Source of the DNA: Octopus vulgaris
Lineage: Eukaryota
Length of the DNA stretch: 64,000 bases
NCBI GenBank assembly: GCA_951406725.2
Contig: OX597818.1
Coordinates: forward strand, 102,052,001 to 102,116,000
Direction of reading: 5' to 3'
Below, one piece after another: positions 41,090-53,844 of the stretch. Below the pieces are notes generated by a model. It did not search any database, was not told the DNA's origin, and saw only the letters and a program-made list of their open reading frames with translations. Every line of letters starts with the position of its first letter. The stretch's first letter is position 1. Made by a program: the position numbers and the translations under genes.

Positions 41090-41330
41090 ATCAAGTGTTA
41101 TGAACACGCACCAAATCCGGTATGTGATAATGACGAAGCTAAGATGCTCTCGGATATGCCTAGCCAAACTGAAAAGAAGATCAAAGAGAAACACCCTTAT
41201 AACATAATTGAAAACGGAAAAGACGAAATGTGCACCATGATAAACATATTGATTCTTTTCTTGGCAAATATCGCCTGGAAGATTTTGGCAACCTATGAAG
41301 ATGCAACGACCTCGAAATAGTAACAAACAA
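41090..41330 (+). mobile_element. Degenerate RLE endonuclease fragment
   Basis: KCYEHAPNPVCDNDEAKMLSDMPSQTEKKIK..PYNII matches the ENEKATILWDMPIHTDR..PDIV pattern of the 53-kb copy. Confidence 0.65.
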
Positions 41331-42377
41331 GATGGGATTTGAAAGTAAAAGTAATTCAAATAAAACTACGTGCGAAAATAATAATAACTACGTTAATAAA
41401 CACATGGAAATTTTCTGAAAGCGTACAAAATAAAACAATTTAAAATGTCCTCTACCTAAATATATCTCGACTTAATTGCAAAATTGTTTCAATTTAGATA
41501 CGACAAACCGAATATGATCATTTTCATATCACAATCTCCAGCATAATTTGCAACAGCACGGCTCCCGCAAATTTCAAGCAATTACTTGCTAGCTGAAGCA
41601 CTTTCGTATTGGATATGACAAGCCTCATATGTCCCATAACTGGCAATACATTAAACTTCAAATACTTTTTAAGGCTAATGTGCCTGTGTAGATTTATGCG
41701 CGTTCTTGCGTGATTTATATATTCGTAAATACACACTCATATGTACATATATATTCTGCTTTATCTACGATGAACTATATGTATTTAAAGAGTAATCGGT
41801 ACCTAATCCATGTCTTTGCAAACCACGAAATTGTTTTGCAAACTACTACAAGCAAATAACGTTATGCATTATGATCGAAAAAAGGGAAGTAAGAAGTGGG
41901 TCTGATTTTGTGCATGCTCATAATTATACATTCCTACTGTCTGAGTCGGTTTTCTTTCGTTGTTAACATAGCTTTCGTTGGAAATATTACGTTTGACTTC
42001 GTGTTTTATAGTCCCTATACTTATATTATTTGGCATTTCATTGTGGTTACTATCTACATATTTTTGATATATTTTTCCTTGTAAGCGATCTGGTGTTCTT
42101 GTTTTGTTTTGAGAATATATCTTTGTATGATAGATAGTTTATTAGAGTGCATTGCTGCATCAAAGTCTTATCTAGGTAACTTTTCTTCCAAATTTTATTT
42201 GTATAAGTTGTTGTGTTTCCGTTCTTTGGGTAGAACACTGCTGTAAAATAAGCGTGTAGGATTGAAATATATACCTCACGTGTCCATTTATGCTTTATTG
42301 TTATTATTGTTACCTTTCTTGTTATTATTGAGTAAAAGGGCAGTGCTTGCCATCAAAGTACCCATGGCGTACAAATA

Positions 42378-42600
42378 TATAAGGTGGGTGCTGAAAAGTA
42401 CCTCGATTTCGGTAAAAGAAAGTACCGGAAGATAGTTAATTACGATTTTCTTCAACATATTCCCCTTTCAGAATCAGATACTTATTGCAGCGGTTCTTCA
42501 ATGTTTCTAAGCTCTGCAAAAGAACTCGTAAAGCTAGGACGCTAATCAGGCATTGTGCAAAGCCCTCCAAGAGAGGAAATTTTCATCATATCCTCCCACA
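42378..42600. mobile_element. Degraded mariner-derived MITE
   Basis: ends ggtgggtgctgaaaagtacct and aggaaattttcatcatatcc are imperfect inverted repeats. Confidence 0.45.
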
Positions 42601-43167
42601 TGTAAGTAGAGTCTCGAGGCAAATTTGAAAACAATGAATTGCAGAAGACAACAAAGGAAGGCAGGCTTATTGGAGTTTTTGAGCGCTTGTATGTGAGCGT
42701 GTCTCTGTGTTTGTGTATGACATTGCGTTTATAACAAGAAAATGTAAAAGAGACTGCTATAGTGTGAACATATAGAGGATATTGGTGAAGATTATTTATG
42801 TTACTATCTACATAGCGTAGGTTAAATTAATGAACATTTGACATATCAGAAGTAAGAATATAACCTACGGAAAGAACTATGGAACAGCTGCAAAGTTACT
42901 ACTTGCTTACCCACTGAATATGAAAAACAATATATTTACTATTTATAATAATTAGTACCGTATTCCAAACTATATGTATGCGTTACATAACAAATTCGAT
43001 ATTTTCAAATCAACTTGCTTTTGCCTCGATATAGCTCTACAATAAATATAAACACATGGAAATATTTATTTTTGCTAAAATTATGAGATCATTAATCGTA
43101 TTGTTATTTTCAGATGTTAATAAAAGCACATTGACGTCATTCTTTTAGCGTTCTAATTTTTTTTTAG

Positions 43168-43413
43168 ATACGGCCTTTTAAAGCCTAGCCAGGCTCATGG
43201 GCCCGGTTTTCCGGTTTTTATGTCGTATTTGTTCACCAGCTGGACAAGACGCCAGTCCTTCGCAGCGTTACTCATTTTTGCCAGCTGAGTGGACTGGAGC
43301 AACGTGAAATGAAGTGTTTTGCTGAAGAACACAACGCGTCGCCCAGTCCAGGAATCGAAACCACAATCTTACGATCATGGTTCTGACACACTAACCACTG
43401 AGCCACGCGCCTC
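43168..43413 (-). mobile_element. tRNA-derived SINE
   Basis: reverse complement ggaggcgcgtggctcagtggttagtgtgtcag...gtttcgattcctggactgggcgacgcgttgtgttc, with A and B boxes. Confidence 0.85.
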
Positions 43414-43883
43414 CACTTTTAGCATTCCGCTGGTTAATATTTCTAGTAGGAGTTCATTTTTAATACTGTATTCTGCACGTGGTACTCCAGACAATATTTT
43501 GGCATCTCCTGTACTGCTGGTCACCAGTCTTTGAATGCTAGATTACGAATTAGGTTTTATGTGTATGCGGTACCAATACATGGCGCTTCATGTAACGTGA
43601 ATTAATTAGATAAAACTTTCGCAGTGCCCTAATATCCATTGACTTCTTGATATCAAGATATGGTCAACTTTGCTTCGATCTAATAGGAATATAATAGATG
43701 TCTTTATGAGAGAAGAAACGTACAATTCACTGCTGGTGAATAACTGGTGTCTAAATCACTAAGACCATACTGTAAATTTCATCTCAATTCATGCTATTCT
43801 GATACCTAACCACTTTCGAGGGGATTTGGGCTACACCCAGGAAATATTAGGTAGTGTATAGTTGTCTTATATACGTACAAACA

Positions 43884-43963
<80 letters not shown>

Positions 43964-44032
43964 TGTGTGTGTGCTTGTGTTTGTGTGTATATAAATGTAT
44001 GTGTGTATGCGTGTGTGAATATATATATATAT

Positions 44033-44081
<49 letters not shown>

Positions 44082-44155
44082 TCTGCCCACACATACACAC
44101 ACATTCGTACACACATGATTACAAATACAAACATCTACATACATGTAAATATGTG

Positions 44156-44196
<41 letters not shown>

Positions 44197-45977
44197 ACTA
44201 TACATACGCGCGCGCATACACACATACTTATATATAATATGGTTGAGTATTGTGTATGGATAATATCCTTATCACATAATTTAATGTTATGACGTTTATT
44301 GGTCCTGTATCAGTTACGCGCCTGTAATAAATTATTGACACCCCGTAGTCATATTAAGTACACTTAATAACATTCCCATCAATATTTTCGAAATTATATG
44401 TAATAACATTTCTGACAGTTAACCAGTATACATATGCACACCTCTAGAACTTCGTTAATAGCTAGTAAACCTATGTGATATTTGTCAGATAAATTCTGAA
44501 TGCTTCGGGGTCTAATGGAAAATGATACAAAAGCAACACTTATATCGTCATTCATAATTATTTCATAAACTTCCATCATTCCTGCTTGGAAAACGTCTAA
44601 TTAACATGGCGACTAATATTTGGAAACCCACAATTTCTGTAACTGCAATAGTGTAGCCGTATATATATTTAAGTTAATAATGGTTATTATACAAAGCCGT
44701 TTTAAATGCAGCATAAAATAACAATATAATATAAAAGAAATCATTATTATCATTATTATTATCATGATCATTATTATTTTCCTTGTTTCAGTTGCTGATA
44801 TTATTTCATTACGATAATCATGTGTCATTTGTCAAAATACTGAGTCCATATTCTCCCAACTGTAATTTATTTCCGCTAAATTCATGATAAGCATCTAAAA
44901 ATATACAGTGATATTTATATCATCATACAGATAAGGATTCTTAGAAATTAACGTTATATTAAATCTCAGGGAATGCACTGATATAGATATGAAACAAAAT
45001 GCAATTTTCTGTCACTAATAATTACCATATTCTTAATTAATATATTGATGTACATAACAGTGTTACCTAACGCAATAAAAAGCCTTCGGAAACCCCTTTA
45101 AATATATGTACGCTATAGTTTCATTTTCTTGTGTTAAATGAAGAGTTGCAGAATGTAGCTTATTATATGAAGTCTCTTTTAGTTTAATCTTGGGTTACAT
45201 CTGAAGTTTGATATCCCAGTAAAATCGGAAATTATATGTTCATGTTATTTAACCAATGGTAAGAGTAAATTCATTGCAGTAAACAGTGTATTTCATGTTC
45301 AATGTATCTCTTTTGTACATAAAGAAATATCTTGATCAGTAATATTTTTTTAAATGTTGTACGATTTTGTAAATAGAATCGAGAGAGAAGCGTTCCTTTA
45401 TTTGCATAAAGAAGTGTTCCTTTATTTACATATTTCCCATGTATTAATTTAAGACTCATCCTCCATTTTTACAGTTTAGTTGTTTGTGAGGGCAGCCATA
45501 CTCACTTGATATTATTGCATATTCCATATTTCAACAACTCTTATAATGTGTAAATTATATGTCAGACGTTGCATTTAGTTATCTTTATCTGAAATACTTC
45601 ATTGCTACCAGAGATATACCTTATTGTAGCAAGGAATTCTGTTCACAAGTTTGCGAATATTTCCACTCTGCTGTTATCCTACATATAAGAATATAATTTA
45701 ATTCACACGTTGACGTAATTGCTTTACAGTATTACATCAAGTCATTCTGGTGTAACACTTCAGATTTAATGATTTAAGAGCGTAATAGGAAGAATGGAGA
45801 TAGGCACTACATAGGGAAGCAAATTAAATATCTGGTATATTTGATATGAGTATCCTGTTAATATGTAGTGCTAGTTAAAAAAAAAACGCATATTTAAATT
45901 TTATGTCGATTCCCTATCGCTAATGACCTATGTAATTCTGTAAGCTGGTATACATCTCTCTTACTCATATATATATG

Positions 45978-46008
<31 letters not shown>

Positions 46009-46658
46009 GTAATCGTTAATAGATTTAACGTCAAACATCCGAAAACAGGCAACTCATGTCCTTTTTTTGCATAGGTACTTCTTCGTCTCACTTGTTGAAA
46101 AGAATTTCTAACCATTACTCTACATTTAGACATATCAATAAACGCAACAATTCTGGACTTAGTAAATTAATTTAGTCTCTAAGGGAATAATTTGATTTGG
46201 AATGGAATATTCTATCTAGAGAATGGTTAATCTTTTTATCTGCTCTGTAACGAAGAACAATATCTCATTCTTTTCTGGGAGACTTATCATGTAAACCTGT
46301 TTAAAGAACGCGTTTATCGTTGCAAACATTGGCAACACTATACCTTTAGTCCTTATAAGTAATTTCTACCAATCTATAAAACTCGACATTTAAATGTCTT
46401 TATACATTTAATTTCCACTACATGTATTTTTTTCCACGCATTATTCCGATTCATCTATCGCACTTTATGTCTCCACTTTTAAAGTTCTGTCACTTTTTTT
46501 CATTCTTCTCATTCTCTTTCTTTAAATTGCGTTTAACGTGAAATCTATCAGCGGTTTATTCTTAAAGCATAACTTGCCAGCTTTCCTCTTCATCATGTAC
46601 GCGGTAACCACATTCGGTGAAAATGGCTTCTTGATGTGTTTCGTTTCTCTTTTTTACC

Positions 46659-46735
46659 CTGACGAGATGATTGCATTATTTTACAGCATTTTATTCCCCC
46701 GGAATAATGTCAATGTTTTCTTCGAAACATATGTC
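46659..46735 (+). ncRNA. Hammerhead ribozyme motif with canonical core and long stem II (Penelope-type)
   Basis: CTGACGA-gatgATTGCATTATT..AATAATGtCAAT..cGAAAC-ATAT-GTC; palindromic ACATATGT and GUC cleavage triplet; stem I eroded. Confidence 0.55.
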
Positions 46736-46933
46736 TCAAGTGTAAAGATTTGAATAACACCTGCGTTTAACTCCATATCTTAATTTATCTATGTTATTCA
46801 AAGACATTGCACTTACCCCTGGAATTTCTACTTTTATCAGTACGGTGTAATATCCTTGGCACCTATGTGAAATTTTCTACCCTGGTAACTATAAATTTAT
46901 ATTCTCCGTGGTATATGTACACATTGAAAAACT

Positions 46934-46995
<62 letters not shown>

Positions 46996-46999
<4 letters not shown>

Positions 47000-47310
47000 T
47001 GTTCGGGATGGTCATTTAATCTTGCCTAATAAACACACGCACTATATATTCGTTCTCCACTCGTTTATTACGGTTCTTATTCTAATTCAAATTCATTGTA
47101 CGGGAATCTTTCGTCACACAGCTATGACCTCTTAAGTGACACTTCCCATCTTCGTGTATGCTTTTGCTCCACTTATTTCATTCTGTTCTACGATGTGTAA
47201 CCTTATAAGCGCATGCGTTTGCTTCCGTGTTTGTGCGTGTGTGTGTGTGCGGGCATGTGTGTGTATGTGTGTGTGTGTGAGTGTGTATGTGTGTGTGTTT
47301 GTACACAACC
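46996..47310 (+). mobile_element. Third, partial copy of the 20358 repeat family, followed directly by a mariner insertion
   Basis: ggatggtcattt..cactcgttta..cattgtacgggaatctttcgtcacaca..gtgacactt directly after (TA)n. Confidence 0.6.
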
Positions 47311-47320
47311 ACACAATATA

Positions 47321-48598
47321 CGAGGGGCGTTCAATAAGTAATGCCCCTGACCCACTTCCCATAGCAGTAGAGCAACGAAACTTGGCACAGTTATTAGTCT
47401 TTTTCTACATAGGAACCACCCAGAGTTACGCATTTCTCTTATCGTTTGATGCGGCTCTGGAGACCGTTTTTGTAGAAGAACCTAGCTTGGTCCTCCAACC
47501 TCAACGTGACTTCAGAAATCAAGGCTGCATCATCTTTCAAAAACAACTTCATGACTGGGAAGAGGTGAAAATCAGAGGGTGCAAGGTCAGGAAAGTAGGT
47601 GGGATGGGGTAGGAGTTCATAGCCGCACGCCTGTGCTTCTGATCTGGCGACAAGCGAGTTGTGAACCGGAGCGTTGTCCTGCAGGAGGAGGATGCCTTTG
47701 CTGATCTTGCCCCGCCTCTTGATTTTGATAACTTCTCTTAATTTCCTCAAAAGTGAAGCATAATAGGCTCCTGTAATTGTGGTACCCTTTGCCAGGAAAT
47801 CTGTCATCACTACTCCGTCCTGGTCCCAGAAGACTGTGAGCATGACCTTGCCAGCGGAGGGCTGCACCCTTGCCTTCTTTGGAGGGGGTGAGTCACGGTG
47901 CTTCCACTGCATTGACTGGGCTTTGGTCTTGGATCATCGTGATGGACCCAGGCTTCATCCTGTGTAATCAGTCTTTTGAAAAATTTTGACTCATCTTCTT
48001 GGCACATCTCCAAATTCATCCTCGAGCACTCGACGCGTTCTTGCTTCTGGAAAGGTGTGAGCAACCTGGGAATCCATCTGGCAGACACCTGTTGCATATG
48101 CAAATGGGCATGAATGATAGTTTGCACAGACCCGGTACTAATCTTGACCTCATGGGCTATTTGGCGAATAATTATGCGTCGATCTTCCAAAATGGCAGCC
48201 TCAACTTGACGGACAGATGCCTCATCAATGGCAGAAGCGGGACGACCAGATCTGGGAGCTGTTTCCACAGAGTTCCGACCATGTTTGAATTCATGATGCC
48301 AGCGTTTTACAAGGTTATATGATGGGGGCATCATCACCATAAGTTACTTTCATTTCATCAAAAGTCTCCCGTGGTGTGTGTCCTTTCAAATACAAAAACC
48401 GGATCACTGCTCGACACTCAACAGGCTCCATTTCACACTTGACTCAGTTCAAACACCTGTAAATCAGAAACCACAATTAGTTCAGAGCTGTAATTTGTCA
48501 CTTACTCTATAGAGATATAACTGATTGTACATGCAAAATTTCAGCTAGATCAAACAGCTGCAAATGGGCCAGAGGCATTACTTATTGAACGTCCCTCG
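47321..48598 (-). mobile_element. Full-length-size mariner element (1278 bp) with TIRs and TA target duplication
   Basis: TA-cgaggggcgttcaataagtaatgcc ... ggcattacttattgaacgtccctcg-TA. Confidence 0.97.
47439..48431 (-). pseudogene. Mariner transposase with frameshifts
   Basis: MEPVECRAVIRFL..; RSGRP; SARWIPRLLT; ITQDEAWVHH; GKVMLTVFWD; LLQDNAPVH; HPTYFPDLAPSDFHLF spread over several frames. Confidence 0.92.
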
Positions 48599-48801
48599 TA
48601 TTCAAACGATAAAACTCTTTTTTTACATATAAGGCATTTACGTTCTAAAATCTTGTCTCCGTCATGGTTTTTGTAGCCTTATGCCATCACATCACATAAA
48701 AGGAACGACAAACAGGAGTTGCGCACGTTTCACAATGTATTACGGAAATGAACTATATTTTTATCATAATATCATGTTACTTGTGGTTTCACTACATTTA
48801 G

Positions 48802-48856
48802 ACTTTGGTCTAATCAATGGATTGAAGATTTTGATTCCGGAACTGGAAATGATGAG
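48802..48856 (+). CDS. Candidate coding exon (LWSNQWIEDFDSGTGNDE in one frame)
   Basis: ctacatttag|AC..GATGAG|gtacgt; phase-compatible with the candidate at 50363. Confidence 0.35.
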
Positions 48857-49455
48857 GTACGTAACTGTTTGATAGGTTTTGTTTATTTTTGGAATGTGAA
48901 GTAGATGTTACAGTCGAGTGAAAAAATTATATTCCGAACAGTAAGCCGGAATAAATGTAACAATCTACGGTAGCTTTTGGTATTGACACTTTAAGAAGCT
49001 TATGTGGAAGTTCACGGAACGATGTGCCTTTCTGTCATTGTTTCATACATGAGAATAAGTAAGTACTTCTATGTCATGTAGGTGGTATGCTTAATCACAA
49101 ATGATCGCTGATGGAGAATATTTGTGGTCGAATGTTATCTCGACTTTGAATGTCACACCACGTTTTGTCAAGTGTTGTAAATTATCTCAGATTACATTAA
49201 GTAATATCTGTCTTATCTAACAAACTAGTTCATGACACGCGGAAGATTATATTTTGAATATTGAAAGAAGGACCCAACACAGAAAAGTTAGCGTGTCTGT
49301 TAGTGTATCATGATGTGAGTCTCAGTAGTGTAAACATAACTGTATTTTGTTAATGTTTCGTATCTCATATGTTTGGATATACATTAATATATATATAATG
49401 CATTGACACATTACGTTTTAATTCCTACATTAATTTTAATTCATAAACGTAAATA

Positions 49456-50339
49456 TTGGGTCATCCCATGCGGTTTTTATATTTCCTAATTTTTAGAAAT
49501 TACGATAATCAAAGTGCTTTTTTAATCTAAAATGTACTCTCCTTCATTTTCTACAATGTTCTTCCATCTATCTGGTAGACTTGCAAGGTTTTTCTTCCAA
49601 AATTCACTTTCCTTGGCGAAAAATACTCCTTCAAGCCGGTTCTGACCTGGACTACAGAATTCATAATTTTTCGGTCTAAATGATTTTGAAGATTGCGGAA
49701 TAAATAATAATCAGATGGGACAATATCCGGCGAATATGGTGGGCGGGGTATCGTTTACCATTCAAACTGCTCCAGAGTCTGGAATGTCATCCTCTCTGTA
49801 TGTAGCCGAGCATTATCCTGATGGAAGAACACCTTTCATCTTGAAACCAAAGATAGTCCTTTTTCTAGTAGGTCTGACTTCCATGACTTGTTGAATGACC
49901 AAATCCAAGCTTCTCCGCTCGTGCCTCAAGAGTTACGATGGGATTATATCCATCAGGGTTTGAAGGACGTCCTCGTGGAGCACTTCAGATCTCGTCTTTT
50001 AGGCTGTAGTTTCCGGCTCGCAATTTAGGAGTCAGTATTGACACTGGCTTCGGCTTATTGTCTGATCCCATATACTGGATTAATATTCCTCGCACTTTCC
50101 GTTATGCTTTGCCTAAAAGCAAAATAAGCCGTATATACTTCTTTGTCACTTCCATTATTGCTTTGAATAAATAATTGTTAAAATCTAACCGCACTCTTCA
50201 AAGCTTCCACTAAGAAGAAGTACTAGGTAAAATTACTACCTGATTTTATAAAAAAATTGATGCAATTAGTTTATCCTGTCCCCCTTTGATTTTTAGTTCA
50301 TGCAATTGAAAAAGCCGCATTATTCATCGGATGATCCAA
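49456..50339 (-). mobile_element. Degenerate, internally deleted mariner element
   Basis: TIR remnants ttgggtcatcc / ggatgatccaa; MEVTKKYIR start; FHQDNARLH..RPPYSPDIVPSDYYLFRNLQNHL. Confidence 0.9.
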
Positions 50340-50362
50340 TGCATTAATCTTTTTTCACATAG

Positions 50363-50407
50363 GATCAGGCGAGGAATTTGGAAGAATTACAAAGTCGACT
50401 ATTCAAG
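50363..50407 (+). CDS. Candidate 45-nt coding exon (DQARNLEELQSRLFK)
   Basis: tctttttcacatag-type pyrimidine-rich acceptor|GAT..AAG|gtaaca; open in all three frames, so the frame is not determined. Confidence 0.35.
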
Positions 50408-50516
50408 GTAACATTGTTCAAACGAAAATAGCTGCGGAAAAACCATAAATCTTTTTTACGAATCATTAGTTCTTACAGTAACATATTCTATAATGAATCC
50501 ATTAAGTTTTATACAG

Positions 50517-50800
50517 ACATTGCAGAAAGAAATCAGCCGTAAAATCAACTATATCTGTAAAAGCCGGTCTATAGTACTTTTAGTAAGAACAGCCCTATTG
50601 GACAGTTTCGGAGCAGGACAGAAATGTTGCACTTATTGTTTTAATACTATAGGAACGTTCATATTGTTTTATACTGATTTTCGATTATATATCCACTTAT
50701 TCGCATATTTCGTTTTGTAATTTGAGATTATCCTTGCGCAGTAATGGAACTCGTATGGAACAGTGTTCTGCAGAATCGTTATGCAAACGTTTGATTAGCA
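50517..50800 (+). other. Two further weak candidate exons (50517-50582 TLQKEISRKINYICKSR..; 50742-50800 ending at gtaagt)
   Basis: ttttatacag and ccttgcgcag acceptors, gtaaga and gtaagt donors; the phases do not join cleanly. Confidence 0.2.
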
Positions 50801-51889
50801 GTAAGTACCTCCTCACTCATGACTGACTTAGTTTTATACTAATACCTATCTTTTCAGTATAATAGTGTTTAAGATCTAGGAAGACACAAGTAATACTATT
50901 CCCTTGTTACAAAATAGCGACCGAAAATACCTCAACGTACATGTTACAGATTTAATAGTAAAATATGCCAGGAATGCTTTTGAACAAAGGATCCTCTAAC
51001 AAGGGCCACTGTGATTTTCAACACTAGACTTAAGAAAAAGAACAGATTTTCAAAAGGAAGATTCAAGGTAGAAATGTATTGGATTACTTTATCAATGTAT
51101 ATGCAGTGTTTACAGCACATATTTTCGTTTAATTAAATCAATAAATTAGTTTAGTTAATATATTTTATACATTAATGCTATCGTATTTATCTTAATATTT
51201 TTAATTGACCGTTTGATCTCAACGTTTAGTGTGAAAACAAAAATAATGACACAAGTATTTCTATCATATGAAACATGAAAGACACTGATTCTACGGCAAT
51301 TAAGGACACGTGAGATTCGATGCATCTGTGGATGTTTGAAACATCAGTAATCTTTGCTTTTTTGATGAAATTTTAAAACGTCGAGAACGGAGAAAAAAAA
51401 ACTTAATCCGTGTTCATTTAAGTATTTACATTTAATTCAAATCATAGATACTCACACAGACGCCCTCGCACATATACACACATACACACACTTAAGCATA
51501 CTCACATGCACACAAACACCTACACACACGCACACATAAAAATTCTAGGGAATATATGCAACACTTTTGTAACAAATTGAAGTGTAAATGTTTCATGCAT
51601 CTAACTTAATTTTATGATTCCTTCTATTAAAATGGGTTTCCCATAAAATTTGAAAAGATTTCAATGTAAAATTTACTCATTAGCTTGTCAGATAATGCGT
51701 TGCATCAAATATATTTCACCATTAGTTGAACTGTTGTTTGATGAATCTCATTTTCTGTACTTTGAAAAGTTTCGATGCTAATTTATATACTTAAAAATTC
51801 AACTTCGAAACAGATTTCCGAACACATTTAATTACTAAGCTTTATTACACTTACTAGTTTTGCTTGTAGATCAAAAGCATCAATACTCC

Positions 51890-52104
51890 TTTACTCTTAC
51901 TCTTTTACTTGTTTAATTCATTTGACTGTGGCTATGCTGGAGCACCGCCTTTAGTGGAGCAAATCGCCCCCAGGACCTATTCTTTGTATGCATGATACTT
52001 ATTCTATCGGTCTCTATGGCCGAACCGCTATGTTTCGGGGACTGAAACACACCAGCATCGGTTGTCAAGCGATGTTGGGGAGACAAACACAGATACACAA
52101 ACAT

Positions 52105-52181
<77 letters not shown>

Positions 52182-52345
52182 TACGACGGGCTTCTTCCAG
52201 TTTTCGTCTACCAAATCCACTCACAAAGCTTAGGTCGACCGAGGGCTATAGTAGAAGACACTTGCCGAAGGTGCCACGCAGTGGGACTGAACTCGAACCC
52301 ATGTGGTTCGTTTGCAATCTACTTACCACACAGCCACTCCTATGC
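51890..52345 (-). mobile_element. Near full-length tRNA-derived SINE with central (TA)/(TG) microsatellite and AAGAGT-type tail
   Basis: reverse complement gtaggcataggagtggctgtgtggtaag..gggttcgagttcagtcccactgcgtggcacc..; tail ttactcttactcttttact. Confidence 0.9.
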
Positions 52346-52559
52346 CTACATCTATTATATTTTTTTTCTTTTTATGCCAGGGTTTTTTTCTTGTTCTGCG
52401 AGAATTGTTTTACACGATGTAAACATTCGGCACTTCCTTCAGTCACATCACGATAATAAATATATACGCTATAAGCACAAGATCTGAAATGTGGGAGAAG
52501 TGACTAAAATATTATATGGATCCCAAGGCGCAAATGGTACTATTTCATCGAACCAAAAC

Positions 52560-52770
52560 AGGAAGAAAGACACCAATTCCGATCTGGCGGCATTGGAATT
52601 CACGGTGGAAGGCCGGAAGAAATACCACTAACCGGAGCATTCGGTTTAATATCATCCTACCTGAAAAAATATCTGGACACTTTAGAAATACTCTACAATC
52701 TTGGTGTAATGCGAAAATCGGATGTAAATGGAACTGCACGCATACTGCAAAAAATACTGCCTGTCTGAGT
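52560..52770 (+). mobile_element. Degenerate C-terminal end of an RLE non-LTR retrotransposon
   Basis: TGAFGLISSYLKKYLDTLEI..MRKS..GTARILQKIL. Confidence 0.65.
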
Positions 52771-53051
52771 TCTTAGTAGTGACAGATCCGTGTGCTAACG
52801 AATCTCTCAGCACGTTCAGTTTTAATAAGACTAAATACTGCTAAGCATTTCAACCGGCGCGCTAGCAATTTTGCCTGGACAATAATGATAATAATAGTGA
52901 TGATAATAATAATAGTAATAATAATAATAATAATATTAATAATAAAAATAAAAATAATAATAATAATGATAATAATAATGATGATAATATTAATGAAAAT
53001 AATGATAATAATAATAATTATTATTATTATTGAATAGTAATGAAAATGATG

Positions 53052-53105
<54 letters not shown>

Positions 53106-53149
53106 GTGATAATAATAATAATGATAATAATAATAATAATAAAAATATT

Positions 53150-53203
<54 letters not shown>

Positions 53204-53208
<5 letters not shown>

Positions 53209-53690
53209 CGAGAAAGCAACCATACTCTGGGATATGCCGATACACACAGATAGAGAAACTAAGGCCAACAGACCAGATATAGTTGTCAGAGATCATGAAG
53301 AAAAAAAATGCTTTCTAATTGGTGTATCAATACCGGCAGATGACAACGTGTCTCTAAAAGAAATGGAGAAACTCTCAAAATACAAAGACCTGGAAATAGA
53401 GATAACTAGAATGTGGAACCTGAAAACAGAAACAATTCCTATCATAGTAGGTGCATTAGGCATGATAAAAAAATATTCAGACAAATTCATAACAAAAACG
53501 CCAGGACTTGCAAACACATATAGCATACAGAAAATTGCACTACTAGGCACTGCACACATCCTACGCAGAACACTTTCCATACAATAACCATCAGAGCATC
53601 ACAACAAATCACAGCACATACCCAAGGCACACAGAGCTGCGCTCGGTAGTGAAGTGAAAGCACGCTATAAAAATAAAACTACTGAATAAT
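53204..53690 (+). mobile_element. Young 5'-truncated R4/Dong-like retrotransposon end (RLE domain and 3' UTR) embedded in (AAT)n
   Basis: open frame ATILWDMPIHTDRETKANRPDIVVRD..EKLSKYKDLEIEITRMW..IPIIVGALG..QKIALLGTAHILRRTL, stop at 53587; (AAT)n on both sides. Confidence 0.92.
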
Positions 53691-53761
53691 AATAATAATA
53701 ATATTAATAATAGCAGCACCAGCAGCAGCAGCAGTAGTATTAGTATTAGTAGTAGCAGCAT

Positions 53762-53830
<69 letters not shown>

Positions 53831-53844
53831 AATTAATAGTAAAA

